A stretch of 15,620 bases of DNA from Armatimonadota bacterium (GCA_043754515.1 JAYUUO010000074.1:1-15620); one strand, 5' to 3'; shown: positions 1-8,801, numbered from the stretch's first letter. The notes: generated by a model from the letters alone, not told the origin. Program-made: numbers and translations.

Positions 1-190
1 CGAACGCGACCACCCACAGCCCCGCCGGACCGGGCGAGACCTGACCGACCGCGATACTCTCGGCGAACTGCGTGTCGGTCGCGTGCCCCGTCGGCACCAA
101 GTCGTCGTGCAGACTCGGGACATTGCCGAGGCCACTAAACGACAGGAGCGACGCTTTGAGCGTAACCCAGAAGAACAGGAAAGGCGTCAC
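1..190 (-). CDS. Short-chain chromate transporter (CHR family), second subunit; 5' part only, runs off the window
   Basis: Not in the ORF track. Manual translation from GTG at 190: MTPFLFFWVTLKASLLSFSGLGNVPSLHDDLVPTGHATDTQFAESIAVGQVSPGPAGLWVVAF, with CHR motifs (SF-G-G, QF..IA.GQ..PGP). GTGA overlap with the stop of the upstream CHR gene. Confidence 0.85.
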   Translation of the reverse strand, partial: MTPFLFFWVTLKASLLSFSGLGNVPSLHDDLVPTGHATDTQFAESIAVGQVSPGPAGLWVVAF

Positions 191-819
191 GGGGGCGGTG
201 CCGCCTTTCCGGGCGGCGGTGGGATCGCACGCCTCGCGCGATAGTCGGCGTTCGCCCACGACGCGGCGGCGGACACCGTGCCGCCCGCAAGAAGGACGTA
301 AATCGCGGCGATATGGTAGACGAGAACCGCGACCGCGCTGGCGACGATGATCACGAAGCCGAGCGCGAACAGCACGCCGCCCTCGCGCCGGCTCTCCTCA
401 AGCGGCGGGCGGGTGATCGCGAGCGCTGTCGCGAGTCCCAGCCCGACCGACGCGGGTATGACGGCACTAACGGCCTGCTTCACCGCCGCCAAATCCCGAA
501 CTCGGGAATACAGGGCGGTCATCAGCACCGTGATCGCGACGCTGGGGAGTAGCATCCCCACGAGACACAGCCCGATGCCGCGCCAGCCGGCGATGCGCTT
601 GCCGAGCAGTACCGTGATCGCTATCAGGTTAATGCCGGGCGCGACCTGGCAGATGGCCCAGTCATGCGCGAACTGCTCGTCCGTCACCCAGCCGTTCCCG
701 TGTACCACGGCGCGTTGCATCAGCGCGAGCGTCGCCCCGCCGCCGCCGAACGATTGCACGGAAAGGAGTAGCCAGACGCGGAGCAGGTGGCGCGACGAGA
801 CGCGGGGAGGGGCGGTCAT
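187..819 (-). CDS. chrA: Short-chain chromate transporter (CHR/ChrA family), first subunit
   Basis: SFGGG motif, W(V)TDEQF..WAICQVAPG.N motif, LLPS, several hydrophobic helices. Confidence 0.88.
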   Translation of the reverse strand: MTAPPRVSSRHLLRVWLLLSVQSFGGGGATLALMQRAVVHGNGWVTDEQFAHDWAICQVAPGINLIAITVLLGKRIAGWRGIGLCLVGMLLPSVAITVLMTALYSRVRDLAAVKQAVSAVIPASVGLGLATALAITRPPLEESRREGGVLFALGFVIIVASAVAVLVYHIAAIYVLLAGGTVSAAASWANADYRARRAIPPPPGKAAPPP

Positions 820-827
820 GTCCGGGG

Positions 828-833
828 ATTATA
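828..833 (-). promoter_or_regulatory. -10 box (TATAAT) 8 nt upstream of the chrA ATG; probable leaderless or near-leaderless promoter
   Basis: Minus strand reads cggTATAATccccggacATG; no Shine-Dalgarno in between. Confidence 0.6.
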
Positions 834-893
834 CCGCGCGGGGGGTGACTGGCGGGTGTCCTTCCGGCGGGTTCCCCGCGCGCCCTCGGCGCA

Positions 894-1571
894 TCACGCC
901 AATTCGCCCAACTCGTCGCGCCACAGCAAGCGGTTTTCGCCCGCCTCATTCGCCTGCCATATCCGCCCCGTGGCGACGTCGAAGCAGGAGAGCCAACCCG
1001 TGCCACACGCCCACGTGTCAATACAGATCGTGTGCCCGAAGTCGAGCGGCACGCCATTCTTTTGCGACGTGTGCCCCACGACCACGGTCTTGCGGGAGAA
1101 GTGCGGGTCGGGGTTACGCAATTTCTCCCAGTACAAAATGCCGTCATGTTGCTCATCCATCGGCGTTTCGGCGTCCGCGCCCGCGTGGACGAAAATGTGC
1201 GTCGCGGTCTCGTGGAACGGGCGCGTGTCTTCGAGGAAACGCCAGTGGGAAGGGGGCACGGCGTCCAGCGACCCGTCGTAGGATGCGAGCGTGGCGTCGC
1301 CGCCGACCCGCTCCCATTGTCTGCGGTATACATCGCTTTCGGAGCGCGCCGCGAGCATCATGATGTCGTGATTGCCGCGCAACGGGATCAGCCGCGTCTC
1401 CTCCGCGAGCGCGATCAGCCGTTCGAGCACGCCGCGCGTGTTGGGTCCGCGATCCACGTAGTCGCCGAGCGTGATCACAGTGTCGCCCGCGTCCGGCTTA
1501 ACCAGGGCGAGTAGCGTTTCCAGAGCGGTCAGGCAACCGTGGATGTCGCCGATGGCGAGGGTGCGGTTCAC
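894..1571 (-). CDS. Calcineurin-like metallophosphoesterase, Ser/Thr protein phosphatase (PphA/lambda-PP type)
   Basis: Motifs GDIHG, GDYVDRG, RGNHD, FVHAG, VGHT, IDT. GTG start overlaps the thioesterase TGA. Confidence 0.92.
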   Translation of the reverse strand: MNRTLAIGDIHGCLTALETLLALVKPDAGDTVITLGDYVDRGPNTRGVLERLIALAEETRLIPLRGNHDIMMLAARSESDVYRRQWERVGGDATLASYDGSLDAVPPSHWRFLEDTRPFHETATHIFVHAGADAETPMDEQHDGILYWEKLRNPDPHFSRKTVVVGHTSQKNGVPLDFGHTICIDTWACGTGWLSCFDVATGRIWQANEAGENRLLWRDELGELA

Positions 1572-2038
1572 GTAGCGTCCGTTTCGGGGGCGGTAGCATC
1601 GCGGCGGGGTTCGGGGGTGAACGCGGCGAAGGCGGCGCGGAACGGTTCGGGGGCGCGCCGGGGCTTGTAGGTCGCGGCGTCTATGAACGCGCCTTTGGTT
1701 TCGGCGGTGGCGACGACGCGCCCGGTGGCCGCCTCGGTGAGGCGGTAGTCAATCCACGCGGAGGCGGGGCGCACGTCACGAAACCGGCCCCGAATTACGA
1801 TATGGTCGCCGTACCGCGCGGGCGATACGAAGCGGAGCCGCGCCTCGACGATCACGAGCTGCACATGGTGCGCGCCGAAGTCCGCGAATGACAAGCCCAT
1901 CTGCCGCAGATATTCGGAGCGGGCTTCTTCTAGATAGTGCAGGTACTCGGCATTGTTGACATGCCCGAACGAATCGAGTTCGTAGGTGCGAACCCGGACA
2001 CTGGCGTGGAGCGGGTATTCGTCGGGCATGGCGGTCAC
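1568..2038 (-). CDS. Acyl-CoA thioesterase, 4HBT/YbgC hot-dog family
   Basis: VRTYELDSFGHVNNAEYLHYLEEAR signature and F.SPARYGD. Start may be ATG at 2029. Confidence 0.9.
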   Translation of the reverse strand: MTAMPDEYPLHASVRVRTYELDSFGHVNNAEYLHYLEEARSEYLRQMGLSFADFGAHHVQLVIVEARLRFVSPARYGDHIVIRGRFRDVRPASAWIDYRLTEAATGRVVATAETKGAFIDAATYKPRRAPEPFRAAFAAFTPEPRRDATAPETDAT

Positions 2039-2067
2039 TACGGGGCGCGTCTAATGGCGTGGTTCGC

Positions 2068-2310
2068 CTACTTGTTGAAATAGTCCGTGTTGAGTTGGAT
2101 GAACCCTTTCCACTTGCCCGGAACTTCGTCCTCCATGAAGATCGCGTCCACGGGGCATTCCGGCTCGCACAGGCCGCAGTCAATGCACTCGGTGGGATTG
2201 ATGAAGAGTTGCGTGTCTCCGTCGCGGCCGTGGATGCAGTCAACAGGGCAGACAGCGACGCAGGACTTGTCTTTCACGCCGATACAGGGTTCGGCAATTA
2301 TATAGGGCAT
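2068..2310 (-). CDS. fdxA: Dicluster ferredoxin, 7Fe ([3Fe-4S]+[4Fe-4S]) type
   Basis: C-x7-C-x3-CP-x2-C followed by CIDCGLCEPECP; upstream AAGGAAG RBS-like sequence. Confidence 0.9.
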   Translation of the reverse strand: MPYIIAEPCIGVKDKSCVAVCPVDCIHGRDGDTQLFINPTECIDCGLCEPECPVDAIFMEDEVPGKWKGFIQLNTDYFNK

Positions 2311-2385
2311 AAGGGTGAAACGCTTCCTTGAAAAAAGTTCGTCGCGCCGCTCGCTGGACGATCAAACGGGCGATGGCGCAACCGC

Positions 2386-2415
2386 ATTATGCCACGCCTC
2401 CCGTGGTCCGCGCAA
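2386..2415 (-). promoter_or_regulatory. Putative sigma70-type promoter for the ferredoxin gene
   Basis: Minus strand TTGCGC-N18-CATAAT with TG extension, about 75 nt upstream of the ATG. Confidence 0.4.
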
Positions 2416-2488
2416 CCACGAAGCGGCGTTCGCCGGTGGGGAAGAGTGCCCGTAAACATACCTGATTTAACGATGCGCCGCGCAACTT

Positions 2489-2532
2489 TTGACGGGTCAC
2501 GCTTGACACGGGTACAATCCCCGGATTATACT
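2489..2532 (+). promoter_or_regulatory. Two overlapping sigma70-type promoters upstream of the NlpC/P60 gene
   Basis: TTGACG(2489-2494)-N18-TACAAT(2513-2518) and TTGACA(2503-2508)-N18-TATACT(2527-2532). Confidence 0.65.
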
Positions 2533-2673
2533 TGCCATGACGAACTCGGGCTGACACTTCGGCACCGCGTCTACCCAGGATGTTTACGACCCCGATCTTT
2601 CGGGAAAAATAATCGTTTTCATCACCGTATCCCCCGGTTTTCTTGCGAAGACCGTGAAAGGAAGTGACATAGT

Positions 2674-4005
2674 TTGACATTTCTACGTGTAGAGTTGTGT
2701 AGCCCGACCCGAGCGGCCGGAGTGTCCCGGCGGACCGTCACCCTGCGAGGCGCGATCGCCACCGTCGTTTTCGCCGCGCTCGCGGTGTTCTCCCTGTCCC
2801 TTGTCGCGCCGCTGGCCGCGATAGCCAAGGCTCCCAAGTCGCGCAAGGCTATCGTCCGCGCCGAAACCGTGCGCCTCCGTTCCTCCCCCGGCAAAAAAGG
2901 CAAGTTATCCGGCCTGCTCGATTCGGGCCGCGTCGCCCGAGTTTTGGGCAAGAAAAAAGGTTGGGTGCGTCTGAAACTCGCTTCGGGGACCACCGGCTGG
3001 GTGCGCGCCGATCTCCTCGCGATCAACAAAAAACAGACCAAAGACACGGGCGCCTTCGCCGCGCAACACCCCGTCGCGCCCTCCCGCCGCGTTCGCCGCG
3101 CCCGTCACTCCGAAGTATCGGTCGCGAAAGTCACGCGCCACAAGAAATCCCCGACCAGAGTTGCCACCCGCAAGGCTAAAGTCGCCGCGCACATGCCGGT
3201 GATGAAACCCCTCGCAGTGACGCATCCGACGCCGAAGCGGCGCGCGACTCCAACAGCCGTTGTGAAGCCGGTCCAGGTCGCCCGCGTCATCACCCGCCTC
3301 GCACCGCGCATCCAGACGATCTCCCGGCAGATAGCGACGCCCGACACTCAGGTCGAAGCGAAAATTACGGAAGGGTATGAGACCGCGACCCTGCGCGAGG
3401 GCGTTGACAGCCAGATGCTTGCGGATCTGCCCGCCGACGCCCCCCGCGTCGTAACAGGCGAGTTGAAGGCGTCGGTTCCGCCTCTCGTGACCGACGCGCC
3501 CGCTGTGGAAGTGAGCGTCGCTCCCGAAACAATCACCGCGTCCGTGCCCATCCCCAGGAGTCGGGCAATCAAGGGCGGCGTCGCGAAGGCGGTGCGCGTG
3601 CCCATCGAGCGCGCCTCGAAGCGCGGCGACCGGATCGTGAACCGCGCGCTGTCGTACCGTGGCGTCCCGTATCGCATGGGCGCGACCGGTCACGGCGCGT
3701 TCGACTGCTCCAGCTTCACACGGCACGTCCTGAGCCAGTCCGGCGAGAGCATGCCGCGCACCGCCGCCGAGCAGTACCGCAAGGGAATGCCGGTCACCAA
3801 AGAGGAGATGCGGGCGGGCGACCTAGTGTTCTTCAAGAACACATACAAGCACGGCGTCTCGCACGTCGGGATTTACATGGGCGACGGGAAGTTCATCCAC
3901 GCCTCCAGCCACGGCGGGGTTAAGACCAGTAGCCTTTCCGAGTCGTACTTCGTCCATCATTGGGCGGGGGCGCGTCGCCCGAATATCACGCTGGGTGGCG
4001 ATTAG
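2674..4005 (+). CDS. Secreted SH3b + NlpC/P60 (C40) peptidoglycan endopeptidase
   Basis: N-terminal hydrophobic signal segment; SH3b (VRLRSSPG...GWVRLKL..GTTGWVRADLL); basic/Pro-rich linker; C-terminal FDCSSF, AGDLVFF, SHVGIY, FIHAS (Cys-His-His). TTG start follows GAAAGGAAG; the exact start is uncertain. Confidence 0.92.
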   Translation: MTFLRVELCSPTRAAGVSRRTVTLRGAIATVVFAALAVFSLSLVAPLAAIAKAPKSRKAIVRAETVRLRSSPGKKGKLSGLLDSGRVARVLGKKKGWVRLKLASGTTGWVRADLLAINKKQTKDTGAFAAQHPVAPSRRVRRARHSEVSVAKVTRHKKSPTRVATRKAKVAAHMPVMKPLAVTHPTPKRRATPTAVVKPVQVARVITRLAPRIQTISRQIATPDTQVEAKITEGYETATLREGVDSQMLADLPADAPRVVTGELKASVPPLVTDAPAVEVSVAPETITASVPIPRSRAIKGGVAKAVRVPIERASKRGDRIVNRALSYRGVPYRMGATGHGAFDCSSFTRHVLSQSGESMPRTAAEQYRKGMPVTKEEMRAGDLVFFKNTYKHGVSHVGIYMGDGKFIHASSHGGVKTSSLSESYFVHHWAGARRPNITLGGD

Positions 4006-4012
4006 GTTGCTA

Positions 4013-4050
4013 TCCCCCGGATTTTCTACGTCTGGGGGAGTTGACTTTGC
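4013..4050 (+). terminator. Possible intrinsic terminator between convergent genes
   Basis: TCCCCCGGA(4013-4021)/TCTGGGGGA(4031-4039) 9-bp stem with one G-U, 7 nt after the stop; weak T tail. Confidence 0.4.
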
Positions 4051-4132
4051 GCATGGGACCTGGTGCCCGTGGCCCGCATCCCGGACGCCTGGAACCGTGG
4101 CGGCTGCCGGACGCACGTACGACGCGGACGCC

Positions 4133-5350
4133 CTACCCGCGATCCCCCAGCCCGCGCATCGTGAACACGCCCGCGTAGTGGCGGCGGATCGGGGCGATAT
4201 TTGCCATCGCCCAGACCAGAGCGCGGTACGGATGCCAGGGCGGGCACGGGCGTCCCAGCACCGTGTTCCGTTCCGCGCGGGCGAGCGCGGTCTTCGCGGG
4301 GCGCATCCGGGCGTTCTCGTACTGATAGGGCCAGATCGTGTGGCGTATGGCCTCCCGTGTTGGCTCGCTGACTTCCGTTTCTTTCGACTTTGATCCTCCG
4401 GCTAACAGGCGCGGCAGAACGGACGCGAGTTCGCCCGCGTCCAGGAAGCCGAGGTTCATTCCCTGCCCTCCTATCGGCGAGACTATGTGCGCGGCGTCCC
4501 CGGCGAGGAATAACCGCCCCTTGTAGAACGTGGACGCGAGCCAGTACTCGATCCCGAATGGCGACATCCAGACGCACGTCTCGACCGGGATCATAAATCC
4601 GGTACGGGCGTAAACCAGGGCAGCGAGGTCGCGGGCGTCGCTCGTTTCCGTTCGCTCCGGCAGACGTGCCACCCAGCGCCGCAACCCACCGGGGAGCGGG
4701 AACGATTCCACGATCCCGCCTCGGGTCACGAACAGCGCGGCGTCGGTGCCAAAAGGAGTGTCATCCGCGAAATCACCCATAAGGTAGCAGTCGGGGTACG
4801 TGCCGCCGACGAACGGGATGCCCGCCGACCGGCGCGACGCGCTGTTCTTGCCGTCGCACGCGACCACGTACCGCGCCGTGACAGAGCGCGTGCCGTGATC
4901 CGTCTCTACAGTCAGGGTCGCGTGGGTTTGGCCGTATTCCGAGCCGGTCGCGGTCGCGCCGCGCACCAGGGCAGCGGGGGCGAGTTCGCACAGCCGCCGC
5001 TCCAGCACCGCCTCGGTCACGGTCTGCGGCACGGACAAGACGAAGGGGAATATGGGGTCTACCACGCCGAGCGGGAGCCGCCCGGCTAGTTTCCTGTCCA
5101 GATACACCCGCCCGCCGGGGATACATACCCCGCGCCCGGTCAGTTCGCCCGCGACGCCCGCCGCTTCCAGCACGTGGAGCGCGGGCGGATGGATGCCGAT
5201 CGCGCGGGAGTGAACCGCGGGGGAGACCCGCCGCTCCAGCACCACGCAGTCCACGCCGCATAGCGTCAGGAGGCAGGCTAGTGTTAGCCCCACGGGTCCC
5301 CCGCCCACGATCACGACGTCGGCCTCGCGCGGCGGGTTTACAACTTCCAA
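4133..5350 (-). CDS. FAD-dependent monooxygenase/hydroxylase (FAD_binding_3, UbiH/PheA-like)
   Basis: VVIVGGGPVGL Rossmann motif, VVACDG..S..R, FLAGDAAHIVSPIGGQGMNLGFLDA. Confidence 0.92.
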   Translation of the reverse strand: MEVVNPPREADVVIVGGGPVGLTLACLLTLCGVDCVVLERRVSPAVHSRAIGIHPPALHVLEAAGVAGELTGRGVCIPGGRVYLDRKLAGRLPLGVVDPIFPFVLSVPQTVTEAVLERRLCELAPAALVRGATATGSEYGQTHATLTVETDHGTRSVTARYVVACDGKNSASRRSAGIPFVGGTYPDCYLMGDFADDTPFGTDAALFVTRGGIVESFPLPGGLRRWVARLPERTETSDARDLAALVYARTGFMIPVETCVWMSPFGIEYWLASTFYKGRLFLAGDAAHIVSPIGGQGMNLGFLDAGELASVLPRLLAGGSKSKETEVSEPTREAIRHTIWPYQYENARMRPAKTALARAERNTVLGRPCPPWHPYRALVWAMANIAPIRRHYAGVFTMRGLGDRG

Positions 5351-5357
5351 AGAGAAC

Positions 5358-6047
5358 TCACGTTTCCCATATCAGTTGCAGGCGGAACGGGAAGGTGACG
5401 CGGACGTGCCACCCCCGCGGTGCAAGCCGCGCCAGTTCTCCCGGCGTGAAGGCGCGGCGGATCGAGATTAACCCGTCCGGCAAAATGAGCGAGTCGCGGA
5501 ACCAGCCGCCGATCAGCGGGAAACCGGCGTAGGCGAGCGGGTGCCGGTGAATATCGGCGTGCAACACGAGTCGGGACGCGAGTTCGCCGGACGTCTCGCA
5601 GAGAGTGACGACTTCGGCATCGCTCAGATGGTGCAGGAGATGGTTCGAGATCACGATGTCGAACCGCTCCCCGGCATCCGCGAGTTGCCGAGCGGGCGCA
5701 CACGCGAAGCGCACGTTCGGCGGTTGCGGCAGACTCCGCGCATAGGCAATGGCGCGATCGTCCGTATCGGCCCCGACGAAGCAGGACGTCAGGCCGTCGC
5801 GCCGCGCATAGCCCGCAAGCCGCCGCAACACGTCCCCGCCCCCGCAACCGATGTCCAGTAGTGACGCGCCGGGACCCGCCGCGCGTAGTACCGGGCGCAG
5901 ATACCGCGTGTACAGCCCGCGCCAGCCGCTCACGAGATGGTTCACGCGGTCGAAGTCGCGGTACGTGTTGCATAGCACGGACGCGTCGCACAAGGAGTCG
6001 TCCATGATCTCCGCGCTGTCTGTCGCCCGCGTTTTTAGCACCGTCAT
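5358..6047 (-). CDS. Class I SAM-dependent methyltransferase (229 aa)
   Basis: Start re-called at ATG 6047 (MTVLKTRATDSAEIMDD), 8 nt after the PKS stop; the longer track ORF overlaps the PKS. Motifs LLDIGCGGGD, FDIVISNHLLHHL, DGLISIRRAFT. Confidence 0.88.
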   Translation of the reverse strand: MTVLKTRATDSAEIMDDSLCDASVLCNTYRDFDRVNHLVSGWRGLYTRYLRPVLRAAGPGASLLDIGCGGGDVLRRLAGYARRDGLTSCFVGADTDDRAIAYARSLPQPPNVRFACAPARQLADAGERFDIVISNHLLHHLSDAEVVTLCETSGELASRLVLHADIHRHPLAYAGFPLIGGWFRDSLILPDGLISIRRAFTPGELARLAPRGWHVRVTFPFRLQLIWET

Positions 6048-6055
6048 TCGCGCGG

Positions 6056-7168
6056 CTATGCCTTCCGCATCACGGCGGTCTCCACGGTCAGGCCGGGGCC
6101 GAACGCCATCGCGACGACCGGATCGCCCGCCCCCGTCAGCGTCCCGGCGCGGAGCATTTCCGCTAGCACGAATAGAATAGTCGCCGAACTCATGTTGCCG
6201 TAATCCCGTAGCACGCGCCGGGAGGCGGTGAGTGACGTTTCGCATAGGTCGAGCGCGGACCGCACCTTGTCCAGGATCGCCCGCCCGCCGGGGTGTACCG
6301 CCCAGTGTGCCACGTCCTGGGCGCGTAAGCCGGAACCCCCGAGCGTCGGCACCAGCGCGTCCCCGATGTTCGCCCGCAGGATCTCCGGGACGTACGACGA
6401 CAGGCGCATGGCGAACCCATTGTCGCCAATCGTCCACGCCATGTCCGACTCGCCGGTCGGGGTCAGTGTCGTATCGAACCGCTCCAGGATCAGGGCGGGT
6501 TTACCGCCGCTTGGCTCACGCGCCGATACCACCGCCGCCGCCGCGCCGTCCGCGAACACCGAGCCGCCCAATATCGCGTCCGTGTCGCCGTCGAAGCGCA
6601 GGTGGAGCGAGCAAAGTTCGAGGCAGACGACGAGTACCACGGCGCGGGGGTCATTCTCGCAGATGGTCTTTGCTAGCCGTAGTGCCGGGAACGCCGCGTA
6701 GCATCCCATAAACCCCAGGTGAAAGCGCGGCACGCTCGGCGGCAGGTTCAGCGTGCGCACCAGATGGTAGTCCAGCCCCGGCTGAAAGAAGCCGGTGCAG
6801 GACGCGGTGATGACGTGCGTCACGTCGGGCGCGTCGAAGCCATCCGCGTTTTCGAAGGCGCGGCACGCGACCTCGGCACCCAGGCGGCGCGCCTCGGTAG
6901 TGTAGAGCGCGTTCCGCTCGCCTGTAGTGGGGTTGCGCAACGTGTCGGTCGCTCCGTCATAGAAGATGCCGCCCGCCGCGCCGGGCAGGAAGTCGGGAAC
7001 CGCGCTATGCCGCGTTTCTATGCCCGACTGGCTGTACAGGTAGGAGCGTACCCGCTCCTGTTTGCGGTCTCCGCCCGCCGAGAACCGCTTCATGGCTTCG
7101 GCGATGAAGGGTTGCGGGTAGGCGGTAGGCGGAACGGCGGTCTCGATGTGATGAAGGTAGACGGGCAT
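6056..7168 (-). CDS. Type III polyketide synthase (chalcone/stilbene synthase family)
   Basis: Catalytic triad in context: MGCYAA (Cys), VHPGG (His), YGNMSS (Asn); also SCTG, ELCSLH, FADGAAA, AFGPGLTVE. Confidence 0.95.
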   Translation of the reverse strand: MPVYLHHIETAVPPTAYPQPFIAEAMKRFSAGGDRKQERVRSYLYSQSGIETRHSAVPDFLPGAAGGIFYDGATDTLRNPTTGERNALYTTEARRLGAEVACRAFENADGFDAPDVTHVITASCTGFFQPGLDYHLVRTLNLPPSVPRFHLGFMGCYAAFPALRLAKTICENDPRAVVLVVCLELCSLHLRFDGDTDAILGGSVFADGAAAAVVSAREPSGGKPALILERFDTTLTPTGESDMAWTIGDNGFAMRLSSYVPEILRANIGDALVPTLGGSGLRAQDVAHWAVHPGGRAILDKVRSALDLCETSLTASRRVLRDYGNMSSATILFVLAEMLRAGTLTGAGDPVVAMAFGPGLTVETAVMRKA

Positions 7169-7253
7169 AAAAGGCGCGTGGTGCCGTTCCTTTCGACCGC
7201 ACCCGCGTCCCGTGTATATACCCGATCATGGCTCGGTTTGGAACATGGGTCGG

Positions 7254-8801
7254 TTAGCCCAAAGTGCGCACGCCCATAACCGGTAAACCGTTGGGAGCCG
7301 CGCCCGCGCCGTTCCCGTTCCCGCTCGCCATGATCGCCGAGACGGACTTCACCATCTCCTCAATGTCGGCGTACTTCTCGTCGGAGTCGTCGTAGAGCCA
7401 TTCGTTCAGCGCGTCCACGTCCACGTCGCCCCGGTCACGCTCCCAGAGTTTGCGAGCGATGCCGCGCTCGCACTTGGCGATCAGTTCGTCGGCGTTGTGG
7501 ATGTCGGCTTGAAGCGACGTGCGCCGATCCCAGAGTTGCTTGCCCTCGTCGCCGTCCGAGCGGTCGAAGAAGAAGCACCACGTATAGAACAGATGGTACA
7601 CCGTGCTGTTGATGCTCTCCCACGGCACGGACGGGCGGTTCTCCTCGAACCAGAGGTGTAGTCGGTCTTTGGCTTCCTTGAGCGAGATGTCATTACTCGC
7701 AGGGTCGGCGAATAGATCGTACATCACGCGGATGATCTGGTGCCGTTCCGCCGACGGCACATAGCGGAAGTTGTTATCGCGGAGCCAGAGCCGGAGCCGC
7801 TCGCCGGAAGTCATCTGGCTCGGCGTCGCGGTCGTGTACACCTGCGTCGAGGCGTACGGCGCGTAGGGCTGCGGGGATGATGACGGGGCGAACGGTTGCG
7901 TCTGCTGGGCCGGGGTGGGCGCGGACGCCGGGGTTGACGCGAACAGCGGCGGGCGCGTCGGCATCGGCCCGGCGTTGCCGTCGGGGCGTTGTTGCGCGTG
8001 CGCCGCACCGTTCCCATTCGATTGTCCCTGGCCCGGCGGTGTCGTGTTCGCCTCCATGCCACCTTCGAGTCGGCCCTTGGGTGCCACCGTCACGTCCCCG
8101 ATGGCGGGCTTATGCAGATCAATCAGGTCGCCGTGCGAGCGTAGGAACTCCAGGAACGACGTGTGCCCTGAGCGGGTTTCGTCGAACATCGGGTCAATCT
8201 TGCGCATCGTGGTCTTGAGCGCGGAGCCGGGCACGGGGCGGTTGCCGAGTGCGGCAAGCCCTTTAGCGAGCAGGGCGACCGGGTCCATCGGTGTCACCGG
8301 GATCGAGCGTTCGGGCAGGACCTCGCTGTTCGCGCCGTGCAGATCGTCGTAGTAGCAGAAGCGGTCGCAGGCTTTGGCGAGGTAGGTCGAGGTGTTGGAG
8401 CGCACGCCGACCCCGACCACATACCGCCCGGTCTCGCGCAGTTTCAGTACCAGTGGGGTGAAGTCCGAGTCGCCGGAAACCAGCGCGACGTGCGTGATGT
8501 CGGACTGGCGGAGCGCGACGTCCATCACGTCAATCGCGATCTTGATGTCGGCCCCATTCTTGCCTTTGTAAGTCAGGGAGAAAGTCTGAATCGGGTCGCA
8601 AGCGTTGTCGAGTAAGTCGGAGCGGTAGTCCTTAAAGACGCCCCAGTCTGCATACGCCCGCTTCAAAACGATTCGCCCCTCGGTGACTTTGCCGATCTCC
8701 TCGAAGATGCGCCGTAGCTCCACCCGCTCATTCACAAAGTAGTCGTCAACCGCCCGCTTAATGTTTTCGAAATCAACGAATACCGCCACTCTATTTTCCA
8801 T
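7254..8801 (-). CDS. NYN (LabA/DUF88, PIN-like) domain protein with OST-HTH/LOTUS-like domain and extra C-terminal domain
   Basis: VFVDFENI, KNGADIKIAID, LVSGDSDFTPL, LAKACDRF..YDDL; then LKTTMRKIDPMFDETRSGHTSFLEFL (LOTUS-like); Pro/Gln/Thr linker; globular C-terminus. Confidence 0.88.
   Translation of the reverse strand: MENRVAVFVDFENIKRAVDDYFVNERVELRRIFEEIGKVTEGRIVLKRAYADWGVFKDYRSDLLDNACDPIQTFSLTYKGKNGADIKIAIDVMDVALRQSDITHVALVSGDSDFTPLVLKLRETGRYVVGVGVRSNTSTYLAKACDRFCYYDDLHGANSEVLPERSIPVTPMDPVALLAKGLAALGNRPVPGSALKTTMRKIDPMFDETRSGHTSFLEFLRSHGDLIDLHKPAIGDVTVAPKGRLEGGMEANTTPPGQGQSNGNGAAHAQQRPDGNAGPMPTRPPLFASTPASAPTPAQQTQPFAPSSSPQPYAPYASTQVYTTATPSQMTSGERLRLWLRDNNFRYVPSAERHQIIRVMYDLFADPASNDISLKEAKDRLHLWFEENRPSVPWESINSTVYHLFYTWCFFFDRSDGDEGKQLWDRRTSLQADIHNADELIAKCERGIARKLWERDRGDVDVDALNEWLYDDSDEKYADIEEMVKSVSAIMASGNGNGAGAAPNGLPVMGVRTLG

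Noticed and set aside
835..882. Inverted repeat CGCGCGGGG...CCCCGCGCG between the phosphatase and chrA
   Set aside because: Low-complexity GC arms, a long loop and no U tract; not distinguishable from chance.
347..1363. Long plus-strand ORF (338 aa) and other antisense or alternative-frame ORFs such as 2905-3726 and 13453-14010
   Set aside because: They shadow well-supported genes, lack recognisable motifs, and are expected in high-GC DNA.
1568..2310. Thioesterase and ferredoxin as part of the PKS pathway
   Set aside because: Separated from the cluster by a gene on the opposite strand with its own promoters; no sequence evidence of linkage.
2539..2760. c-di-AMP (ydaO) riboswitch upstream of the NlpC/P60 gene
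   Set aside because: The expected conserved segments (GCTGAA...GGAAC...CCGTCAGCTAAC-like) are not present.
6048..6437. N-terminal extension of the 359-aa methyltransferase ORF in the track
   Set aside because: It overlaps the PKS on the same strand in another frame and is Arg/Gly/Pro-rich shadow sequence; ATG 6047 fits operon spacing.
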